The notes under the pieces were generated by a model. The model worked only from the letters and a program-made list of their open reading frames with translations, searched no databases and was not told the DNA's origin. From a virus, in the IMG/VR virus record IMGVR_UViG_3300032322_001295, positions 23,878 to 87,877 of that record: 64,000 nt of DNA; one strand, 5' to 3'. Below, piece by piece: positions 48,101 through 56,273 of this stretch. The stretch's first letter is position 1, and each line of letters opens with the position of its first letter. A program made the position numbers and the translations under genes.

Positions 48101-48805
48101 GGTGTTTTAGGATACATGATGTCACATCAAATAAATAATACATATGATAAAAAACGCAATCCAGAATATCATTTTATAAAAGATATTATGATGGTAAACG
48201 ATCATAATATGGATGAAAACATAGCAACAGCTGTTGAAGAAATAGAACATTATCAACAATTTAGACCATATAAGGATGAAATGAAACCATATCGTAGTCC
48301 ATACATTAATAATCCTGGTAAAATGCATAATATGACACCTTTTGAAAGTAAAACAATAAGAGAATACAATACATCACATTGGGATTATTTGCAATTGCCT
48401 TATGAAACTGCTGCTAAAAAAAGAGCATCTGAAGTGTATTTTATAAATGAAGGCATGCTTCAACCTGGTGAAAAAATGAATCAAAAACATTATGATTATT
48501 TAGAAAAAGAATATAATAAATGGCTTAATGGTGAAAAAACTTTTGTTCCAAATAATGTTTTACAATATTATGATTTATCAGAACCTAGTTTTAATCAAGG
48601 TTGGGATATTTTTGATGAATATCGTAAAGAAGCTAAAGATGAAGGAGTTGATATAGAGTCATATAATAAAGCATTATTAGATGAAAAAAATCAAAGCAAA
48701 GCAATACAAAATGCAAGAAAAAAAAGAGCAAATAACTTTATTATGTTATCTAAACTTTTAGCACAAAACAATAAAAATTTTTATGATGATAAATCAATAT
48801 CTTAA
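45164..48805 (+). CDS. Modular virion cargo or ejection protein with a duplicated module and a C-terminal zincin-like domain
   Basis: 1213 aa following the muzzle gene; Gly/Ala-rich hydrophobic segment; two NPYLKAQYG modules; EEIEH...YLQLPYETAA. Confidence 0.7.
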   Translation: MPPFITHNGQTGYFQNGVFVPATQEQYNNQMSMYNQFGNNPFVSAQQTFTQQQQSIQQGVIKPPTAGPLSNEQKVSIAQGDATSTNQYNPQDKLNYEFTDKGLGFKAGNQFYPSTAMTAGGMPLIGSPYMGKTLNAYDLAKEDSSKYGNPYLALQNQLINNPMPGMSNTTIPTQAQVTVPQTTGVTEVIPTSTTEQAGGGNWLTNMFNRPSVEGVPAAENIADNGLKSDVLGDWGKMGFNGKEFFKSDKGQATSAIAGAGVGLISGLAKAGMQDKYDPRVGMSKPNLGGNLFGDATFTQVGLNPALMAATGGISALVGGGVDLIKNAVKYTKQKDRYENKKLATDTMQSIDDARENMKPDYTGYARSGTQVNPYLKAQYGTKAIVEGKEMDIDSDEYRRLYNSGNLMRVDEGGMPTMTTEEVVVTDQMTDHTRKQREIQKERDAQGLNYNWSSGSNNPYMSQLQSTVPTGINSTVPSVPPFQPIFNPEDDYLKNYVGKSLGEQPFIFSSKSEVGMGYNNFGNNTWMSSNLGTVDDSPTIMGHLSTRYKNNDAYKVSLENNDIPSLYFFYKDLSKEKNWQEDVGVSAMKYYDSRNELMDMGDSYEREGRFIDDIVKKQGYGHNLVMDENGDKLIRSFTADKDKFMGSVTLTPEMYKAILEAPNQTEAKRRLMQMAKIPQDVDMDKLFIHMNLSRPRYLSSYLKAKTVNPNSVKNWHDVPPGNIYINRVFQNRTQPTSYHNETRLKQNRLGGMVQNPYLKAQYGTEVIVDGKKINTDSKEYRDMYASGNLINVDKDGIPIRWSGEEAVVTAQMTDTPSYNWGTGYAPKQTVLKTDNNAYSVGTTMPSKSWAQVRPENINFNLETDEGKKNEAVFRAKETMKAIKDSEGYKQTLENVINESEYILDDDQKNISSDYMFVPGSKKYPHIGIVDNDYLKEKEQSLYDYQFNNPYGLFYDLEKQRNQNVDYKKVGVLSQKEADEQGVLGYMMSHQINNTYDKKRNPEYHFIKDIMMVNDHNMDENIATAVEEIEHYQQFRPYKDEMKPYRSPYINNPGKMHNMTPFESKTIREYNTSHWDYLQLPYETAAKKRASEVYFINEGMLQPGEKMNQKHYDYLEKEYNKWLNGEKTFVPNNVLQYYDLSEPSFNQGWDIFDEYRKEAKDEGVDIESYNKALLDEKNQSKAIQNARKKRANNFIMLSKLLAQNNKNFYDDKSIS
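46277..47602 (+). repeat. Duplicated ~60-aa module (copies at 46277-46453 and 47423-47602)
   Basis: NPYLKAQYGTKAIVEGKEMDIDSDEYRRLYNSGNL...EEVVVTDQMTD versus NPYLKAQYGTEVIVDGKKINTDSKEYRDMYASGNL...EEAVVTAQMTD. Confidence 0.9.
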
Positions 48806-48808
48806 ATA

Positions 48809-51800
48809 ATGAATCCATATCTAAACAGAAAAGCTATTGTTAGCAAAAGAGGACAATGGGATTATCCAAGACAAGATACTATTGTTCCTACTCCTAATGG
48901 AAGCATAACAATGCAAGGAGTTAACTATCCTGTGTACGGACAAGATGAAACCGGATATGGACAAATGATGTATCCAAATAAAGAATATCAGTTTCCTGGC
49001 AAAATGGTTTATGAGACACCAATGATGTCAGTTGGTGGCATTGCTAGTATAAATCCTGTAGATCCAGTTGATCCTATTGAAGCGGAAAAAAGAACACAAA
49101 TGCTTCAAATGTATAATGAAGAACTTCAAAAAGCAAAAAATAAAGTTAGCAGCGATGCTTTTAAAAATAAGTTTGCATACGAAGGCAAAATGTCAGGATG
49201 GAATGAAAGTGAAATAGAACAAGAAAGAAATAACAGAATAGCAAACTACGATAACATAGATTATCAATACGACAATTTTAATGATTTATTTACTGAAAAA
49301 CCAAGTGTAAGAGGTTTAATAAAACCTGATTTTAAGTATTCAACAATGGGTAAAATAATTGACCCAAACGATCCATCAAAAGGTTACGCATTATCAGTAG
49401 AAAAACAAAATAAAACTAAAGTTGGTATTAACCCTAGTTTATTGCAGTTTCCAAATATTGCAAGGTCTGCTATGCAGCATGAAATAGGTGGACATATTGG
49501 TGATGTTGCTTCTCCAAATGATAAAAGCCCTTTAGAATATTATGGAGATAATAAAGGTACACCTTTTTATGCTCCAGTATGGAATCATACACCTTTTGCT
49601 TTACAAACAATAAAAGAAAATACAGTACCTCATCCTTATTACTCTATGCCTACTGAAGTAAAAGCAGGCAAAAGACAGGTAGAAAACTTATTAGAAAATG
49701 CTCCTATTGATAAAGTAAACTTTAATAAAGCATGGAAATATGGAGACGATGTTAGTTTGGATCATTTTAAATACATTATAAATCCTCAACAATACAGCGA
49801 TAATCCAAATGATTTTAAAAATGAAGAATCTGACATGATGCTTAAATCTATTTATGGAGAAGATAGAGTCAAAAAAGGAAGAGATTTTACAGAAGATGAA
49901 ATAAACGAAGGATATAAGAAGTTTAAAAATTTAATGATTCTTGCACAAAATCAAAAATCTATGTTAAACAACAACAAAAATCCATACGCAATTACTGCAA
50001 AAAATGGTGCTATGATTAAACGCGCCGATGGTTCATATTCTGAACGCGGACTATGGGATAATATTAGAGCAAACAAAGGTTCTGGAAAAAAACCAACAGA
50101 ACAAATGCTTGAACAAGAAAAAAAGATTAAAAAACAAGAAATGGGAAATGGTGGAAAAACAAACCAACATTTTAATAAGTTTAGACCCGGTGGAAAGCCA
50201 GAAGGAGATCCTGAAGATCAAGATTTTTTATTTCCTTTTTTATCTGGATTAGCTTCTAATGTACAAAAAGGTTTAAACTATGGATTATCGCAAGGAGCAA
50301 ATGCATTAAACGCTCTTGGTACTGCAGGAGAAACTTTAAAGAAATATCAACAAGTACCAACTCAACAACCAAATACAGGTGGCTATTCATGGGGGCCATC
50401 TATGCCTACACAAGTTGTAGAAACATATGGTTCTGAACACAGTCAAACACAACCTTCTAAAGTTGGTTTTAAAGGAGATTATAATAATATTATGCCTGGT
50501 AATCAATTATTGCAAACAGCAAACAAAGCAGTTGGAGATGTTGGTTCATTTATATTAAGTGCTACTGGAGAACTATTTAATACTCCATTTGCACTTGCTA
50601 ACGAATCTTTTAGAGATTTAAGTGGAAAATCTGCAAACTATCAAAGCGCATTACCAGATCCTACACGAATAGCATTAAACGCATCTGGAAACAGTAATTT
50701 AGTAAAAGAACAACAAAAAACATTAACTGATGTAATTGGAATAGACAGAGCAACAAATCCTTATGGTGCATTACTTGGTGATATTCTTACTCCTACATTA
50801 CCTATAGCTGCATTAGGAAAAGCAATGAATACTACTAACGCTATTAAAAACACACCAAAAGCAACAGGATTAACAAATGCAATAGATAATCCAATGCTTT
50901 TTTTCAATAATGCTAGTAAATCATTAACAAAAAATCAACTTCCTGAACAATATCAAAATGCATCAACTAATAGTATTTTAGATATATTAAACTTTAGGCC
51001 AAGAATACCTACAGAACCAGTATTACCAATAAATTCACAAGTTACTCCTTCTGTTACTCCTCCTGTTACTATTCCTTTTAATAGAAGAACATTACAAGAA
51101 ATAAATGAATCTAGAAATTATCATGCTGATCTATTTAATAGAGGTATTATTGATCACTCTATTTATGATCAACTTGAAGCAAATGCAATATTGAATGTAG
51201 TGCCACAAGGAGTTAATGCAGAAGAATACGGAAGATTTGTACAAAGCGGAAAATTATATGCACCATTAAATAATCCAAATGCAGGTAATATAGCTAATGA
51301 AAAATATCTTGATAATGTTAGTATGTTATTACAAGAAATGGAAAATCGTTTGCCATTGTTAAGACCAGGTTCTAGTTATACTCAATCTGAAATAGCAGAT
51401 CAACTTAGTAATGTTCAAAGTTATTTTCAAAATAGACCATCACTATTATCAGTAAATGATTTTGATAATTTAACTGTAGGAGCTAATCCAAGTAATCAAT
51501 ATGCAGGTCAATTTCAAAATTATATTCAAAGATTACAAAATGCATCTAATAACTTATCAAATCAACTAGCACCACCTCCAACAACAATAAATATACCTAG
51601 TTCTTTAACAGGACAAAATTTTAATAGTCAAATAATAAACTCTATAAATCCACAAACATTACGAGGATTAACTACTACTACTTTACAAGGAAGAATAAAC
51701 AATGCATTGTCATCAATAGGTAATGTAGTTACTAATATTAATCAATCATTAGGTAAGAAATTTTTCCCTAAAAAGGCAGACTGGACATTTACTGATTCTG

Positions 51801-53386
51801 AAAAAAGAATAAATGAAATGCTTAAAGAAGGATTAGGTATTAAAAAAACAAATGATGAAATATATGTTAAAGCTAAAGGAAGGCAAGGATATGATGGTGG
51901 ATATTATGATATATTTATTAAAGAAGCAGATGGATCATATTCAAAAATGGGTGATATAAGTTTTAGTGTTGTATCACCAGGAAAACAAACAAAACAAAAA
52001 ACATTTACAGAAGGAATTGCCGATATTCTTAAAGGAAAAAAAGAAGAAAAACAAGTTGGTCCTATACTTTATAAAGGTACAGATTTTCCATATTCTAACA
52101 AACCTTTACTTGAAAAAGCAGATACTGCTCTTGGAGCAGAAGTAGTTCAAGCGGTTAAAAAAACATTAAAAGAACAAGGAGGAAAAATGCAAAGTTCTAA
52201 TAATCATTTTTCTCCAGGAAGAATAAGATATATTCATGACTTTAAAAAAGGTAGAGTTGATTTAATTGAAGCAACTCCAGAAAAAAGAGCATTAATTGAT
52301 AAAACTCTTAATGCTGTTGAAGGTAAAACTAAACAAGATTGGATAGATTATTTTTTTGAAAATGAACATGATTTTGAATGGGGCAAACCTAGAGCTGGTA
52401 AAGAAGATGAATGGAGAGCTCTTCAAGGAGTGAGATGGGAATATAAAAAGTTTGGAGGTGTAATTAACCCATATTTGCAAGCACGTTCTGGTACCTATGT
52501 TAAATCATCAAATAAAAAAGTAAACTGTGACTGCGGTTGGTCATGGGATATTTCTGATGGAGGCAGTGATCCTTACAAATGTCACAAATGCGGTAACGAT
52601 AATAGTTATAAAAAAGCACAATTTGGTTTTCAATTAGAAAATAATAAAGAAGATGCTATGAATGAAATCGATAGAAATGTCGGTTACATTATGAAGGGTA
52701 AAGAAATACCTACTGGAATTAGTATGACAAAATTAAATCCAAATGAAGAATATACATATCAACAATGGGTAAAAGGATTAACTCCAAATTTAAGACATTC
52801 AGCAGGAGATAAAAACTATGATATGCGTGGTGCTTGGCAAGTAGGTGAACAACCAGAGTTATTTTATAATGATGAACAAGGTAATTTTCAATCAGCTCAT
52901 CCTATAGATGTAACACAAGAAAGAAGTATATATGAACCACATTTGTTTTCTAGAAATCCATTTACTGGTAAGTCTTTAAAAGGGCCTAATCATCCATCAT
53001 TTATGCATGCTCTTGAAGGAGACATTAAATCTGGAGGCAAAGTAAAAATGGATTTAAAAAGTGGCGATATGTTTACTTATAGCAAAGGCGGTGAGTCCGA
53101 TTTAGTACCTGTAGAAGTAGAACGTAGCGAGCGCATTTATGACCCAAAAGGTAACTTACTTAAAGAGATTCCAGCGGATGCTCCTACTCACGAAGAAGGC
53201 GGTGTTAAGCTACATCTTAGACCCGGCACACTAGTATTTCCAAAGAAATATTATAAGGCCTTAGATGCTGCAAGTGGACTTCCAGAGTTTAATAAAATCA
53301 AAGAGAAGATGTTAGATAACGCAGAAAAAGCTTATCTTCGTGGTGAGCCTTATTCATCAGGCGGTAGAAGAGATTATACAGCATAA
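48809..53386 (+). CDS. Modular multidomain virion cargo protein
   Basis: 1525 aa; zincin-like HEIGGH...PTEVKA, Zn-ribbon CDCGWSW...CHKCG, YDMRG...PNHPSF module and EVERSE...THEEGG module, separated by xxG(G) motifs. Confidence 0.75.
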   Translation: MNPYLNRKAIVSKRGQWDYPRQDTIVPTPNGSITMQGVNYPVYGQDETGYGQMMYPNKEYQFPGKMVYETPMMSVGGIASINPVDPVDPIEAEKRTQMLQMYNEELQKAKNKVSSDAFKNKFAYEGKMSGWNESEIEQERNNRIANYDNIDYQYDNFNDLFTEKPSVRGLIKPDFKYSTMGKIIDPNDPSKGYALSVEKQNKTKVGINPSLLQFPNIARSAMQHEIGGHIGDVASPNDKSPLEYYGDNKGTPFYAPVWNHTPFALQTIKENTVPHPYYSMPTEVKAGKRQVENLLENAPIDKVNFNKAWKYGDDVSLDHFKYIINPQQYSDNPNDFKNEESDMMLKSIYGEDRVKKGRDFTEDEINEGYKKFKNLMILAQNQKSMLNNNKNPYAITAKNGAMIKRADGSYSERGLWDNIRANKGSGKKPTEQMLEQEKKIKKQEMGNGGKTNQHFNKFRPGGKPEGDPEDQDFLFPFLSGLASNVQKGLNYGLSQGANALNALGTAGETLKKYQQVPTQQPNTGGYSWGPSMPTQVVETYGSEHSQTQPSKVGFKGDYNNIMPGNQLLQTANKAVGDVGSFILSATGELFNTPFALANESFRDLSGKSANYQSALPDPTRIALNASGNSNLVKEQQKTLTDVIGIDRATNPYGALLGDILTPTLPIAALGKAMNTTNAIKNTPKATGLTNAIDNPMLFFNNASKSLTKNQLPEQYQNASTNSILDILNFRPRIPTEPVLPINSQVTPSVTPPVTIPFNRRTLQEINESRNYHADLFNRGIIDHSIYDQLEANAILNVVPQGVNAEEYGRFVQSGKLYAPLNNPNAGNIANEKYLDNVSMLLQEMENRLPLLRPGSSYTQSEIADQLSNVQSYFQNRPSLLSVNDFDNLTVGANPSNQYAGQFQNYIQRLQNASNNLSNQLAPPPTTINIPSSLTGQNFNSQIINSINPQTLRGLTTTTLQGRINNALSSIGNVVTNINQSLGKKFFPKKADWTFTDSEKRINEMLKEGLGIKKTNDEIYVKAKGRQGYDGGYYDIFIKEADGSYSKMGDISFSVVSPGKQTKQKTFTEGIADILKGKKEEKQVGPILYKGTDFPYSNKPLLEKADTALGAEVVQAVKKTLKEQGGKMQSSNNHFSPGRIRYIHDFKKGRVDLIEATPEKRALIDKTLNAVEGKTKQDWIDYFFENEHDFEWGKPRAGKEDEWRALQGVRWEYKKFGGVINPYLQARSGTYVKSSNKKVNCDCGWSWDISDGGSDPYKCHKCGNDNSYKKAQFGFQLENNKEDAMNEIDRNVGYIMKGKEIPTGISMTKLNPNEEYTYQQWVKGLTPNLRHSAGDKNYDMRGAWQVGEQPELFYNDEQGNFQSAHPIDVTQERSIYEPHLFSRNPFTGKSLKGPNHPSFMHALEGDIKSGGKVKMDLKSGDMFTYSKGGESDLVPVEVERSERIYDPKGNLLKEIPADAPTHEEGGVKLHLRPGTLVFPKKYYKALDAASGLPEFNKIKEKMLDNAEKAYLRGEPYSSGGRRDYTA

Positions 53387-53413
53387 AATCTATAACATTA
53401 AAAATATAAAGTC

Positions 53414-56260
53414 ATGACAAAATGTAAAGGCGGTTGCCAAATGAAAGCTGGTGGTAAAACCTGTGCAAAATGTGGATGTGATATGTCGCCAAAAAAAATG
53501 GCAAATGGTGGAGAAACGTATAAGTCAGGTGGAATGGCATGTATGAAATGCGGTGGCAAGATGCACAAGTCTGGTGGTACTATAAGTTCTTGTATGAAGT
53601 GCGGTGGCGGTAAATATACTTTTGGTGGTAAAACCGGATGGTCCAAAAAAAAAAATGATGTAAGCAAATATAAATCAGGTGGCATGACAAAACCAGTCTG
53701 TCCTCCTGGTTATATATTAAATGCAAAAGGAGAGTGTGTCATTGACACACAATATGCAATAGACCGTATGTATGAAAATGATAATAAACCTGATAAAGAA
53801 TATGACGTAAATGCTATTAAAAACAAAGTTCCGTTTAATCATAGTTTAGAATGGAATATAGCTGAAGCAATAGATCCAACAGGTATAACTTCTTGGCCTG
53901 ATGTTTATGAAACATGGACAGATAGAAAGTTAGATTATAATGATTTTACTGAACCATTAGGAGCATTGCCGTTAATAGGTAGATTAGGCAAAATTACTAA
54001 AGCTTTTAAAGGAGCTCCACCCAAAACAGTATACAATAAATGGTATGATGGCTTAGGTTTATTTGGCAATACAATTGATTCATCTCAAGATATTTATAAT
54101 GACAATATAAAACCTACTAAAAAATATCAATTTGGTGGAGTTGCAGATAATACTTTGATGACTAATGATGCAGAAATACAGTTAGGTAGAAATGCTATTA
54201 ATGCACCAGAACCAACTTATGATGCAAGTGTTATTTCTAATAAAAGCCCTATGCAAGTAACCGATAATGTTTCACAAGGAACAGAGCAACTTGGATATAA
54301 AGATATAGTAAAATCATTCCAGAAAAAAACTGTTGACAAGTCATTGCCAAATTGGGGTTATGCAAAACAAGAGCAAATAAAGTTAAATGAGTTGATTAGA
54401 AAAGATATATCTACTGGCAATGCAAAAATGGATTTACTTGTTGAAGATGATATAATAGGAGATAATACACTTAAAGCTATGCGTGCTTACGAATCAAGTG
54501 GAAATTACACAAGACCAGAGGGTTTTAAAGATAAGTGGCTTGCTGAGTACAAAAAGCAATGGGATAAAAATCAAAAAAGTAAATCATCGATAGAAAATCA
54601 GGAAACAGAAACACAAAGTCTTAACCCTAATGAATCTTCTGATATTTTTAGTTCTGACTGGGCAAAAAAACATTTTGGTGCAAACTTAAATACAAAAACA
54701 AGTACAACTCCTAAGGAAAAAGAATCATTTAATTTTCCATCAATGTCAGATGTTGTTTCTGGTATGCAAAGCGGAATCAATTATGGCGTAAATGCATTTG
54801 GTAATTTTATACAAGGTGCTGGAGAGTTTATTGAAAAATACCAAAACAAAAACGAACAAAAAGCAGAAAGCAAGTCGCAACTTGATGAAATGTATAATTT
54901 TTTTAATCAATTTAGTATAAAACCTACAAACAAACCAGTTGGATATGGAACAGTGTTAAGACCGGAAGAATCTAATACTAAAGTAAAAAGTATGGCCGGA
55001 AAATACTATGCAGAAAAATACTCTCAAAAAACAAGTGGTTGGCCAAAGTCTGCATTGATAAAAGAAGGTGGTATAGAAATAAGCGCTAAAGAATTAAAAA
55101 GAAAAGATTTAGATACATACTTTCCAATTTTTGGGATATCAAAAAGTAAAAAAGGCGTAAGAGCAACAGGTAGAGACAATTCATTATCTTTTTTTGATGC
55201 CGTAGAAAAAGAACAAACAAAAACAAAAGATGGCTCTATAAATACATCATTACAGTTTATAGATAAGTTGTTATCATCATCATCCAAAGCTATTGTAATA
55301 CCAAAACCTGGACAGACTTATGGTAGAGATTTAATGGATATTTATCTACAAGATCCTTATAATCCAGATAGATTTCATGCATTAGATAGTCTTGGAGTTG
55401 TAGAAGGAGAAGCTATATTTGGCAAAACTATAACACCTACTGAGGGAACATTATCAGAAAGACAAAAATTAATAAATAAACAAGCAGAAGAAAAAGGAGG
55501 TTTTAAATATTTAGATTCTCCATTTATATTTAGATATTTAAATAAAAATAAAAAAGAAAAACCTTTATCTTCTAACTTTGAAACACCTGAAACAGAAAAT
55601 GAAATAATCAGTCGACAAACATCAGACAATCAAAAGTATGGCAAGTTTATGAGTAGAGGAAAAGACATAGCAAATAGAACTGATGTAAAAAGAAACGCAG
55701 ACTCTGAATCTTTTTTTGCAGATTATGCAGAACCAAATTCTGTAATAATTGATATTGGATCCGCACTAGGAAATACAAATCCATCATTAGCTGGTATTTC
55801 AGTAAAAGAACTTGCAAGCAATCAATCTATTAAGAAAAAAGGTATAAAAGTAATAGCCACAGATATTCCTTCTGAAGTCAAAACATTTAAAATGCATCAA
55901 AGAAATAAACAAGCTTATGATATAGATTATTCAGAAGTTCCGGTTACATACAACACTCCAATAGATCAAATATTAAAATCAAAAGATTTAAATGACAAAG
56001 AAAATGTATATTTAAGATCAGCGAATAGTATCGATTTATTGATGAATCCAGAAGAAACTAAAGAACATTTTAAACATTTAGCAAGTACATTAAAAGACAA
56101 AAAAGTCACTTATGTATTTAATAATGTAATACTTGTGAAACCAAAAGGTTCTTCTGTTTTTAGCAAAATAGGAAACGTAAACAATGCAGCGTATGATCAC
56201 AATACAACTTCTTGGAAATTAAACGCAAATAGAAAACCATACACATTAACAAACATATAA
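53414..56260 (+). CDS. Modular cargo protein: xxGG-repeat N-terminus, PG-binding-like segment, C-terminal SAM-methyltransferase-like domain
   Basis: Nine xxGG motifs in the first 90 aa; LLVEDDIIGDNTLKAMRAY; VIIDIGSALG...VIATDI. Confidence 0.7.
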   Translation: MTKCKGGCQMKAGGKTCAKCGCDMSPKKMANGGETYKSGGMACMKCGGKMHKSGGTISSCMKCGGGKYTFGGKTGWSKKKNDVSKYKSGGMTKPVCPPGYILNAKGECVIDTQYAIDRMYENDNKPDKEYDVNAIKNKVPFNHSLEWNIAEAIDPTGITSWPDVYETWTDRKLDYNDFTEPLGALPLIGRLGKITKAFKGAPPKTVYNKWYDGLGLFGNTIDSSQDIYNDNIKPTKKYQFGGVADNTLMTNDAEIQLGRNAINAPEPTYDASVISNKSPMQVTDNVSQGTEQLGYKDIVKSFQKKTVDKSLPNWGYAKQEQIKLNELIRKDISTGNAKMDLLVEDDIIGDNTLKAMRAYESSGNYTRPEGFKDKWLAEYKKQWDKNQKSKSSIENQETETQSLNPNESSDIFSSDWAKKHFGANLNTKTSTTPKEKESFNFPSMSDVVSGMQSGINYGVNAFGNFIQGAGEFIEKYQNKNEQKAESKSQLDEMYNFFNQFSIKPTNKPVGYGTVLRPEESNTKVKSMAGKYYAEKYSQKTSGWPKSALIKEGGIEISAKELKRKDLDTYFPIFGISKSKKGVRATGRDNSLSFFDAVEKEQTKTKDGSINTSLQFIDKLLSSSSKAIVIPKPGQTYGRDLMDIYLQDPYNPDRFHALDSLGVVEGEAIFGKTITPTEGTLSERQKLINKQAEEKGGFKYLDSPFIFRYLNKNKKEKPLSSNFETPETENEIISRQTSDNQKYGKFMSRGKDIANRTDVKRNADSESFFADYAEPNSVIIDIGSALGNTNPSLAGISVKELASNQSIKKKGIKVIATDIPSEVKTFKMHQRNKQAYDIDYSEVPVTYNTPIDQILKSKDLNDKENVYLRSANSIDLLMNPEETKEHFKHLASTLKDKKVTYVFNNVILVKPKGSSVFSKIGNVNNAAYDHNTTSWKLNANRKPYTLTNI

Positions 56261-56273
56261 AATAATTACAACT

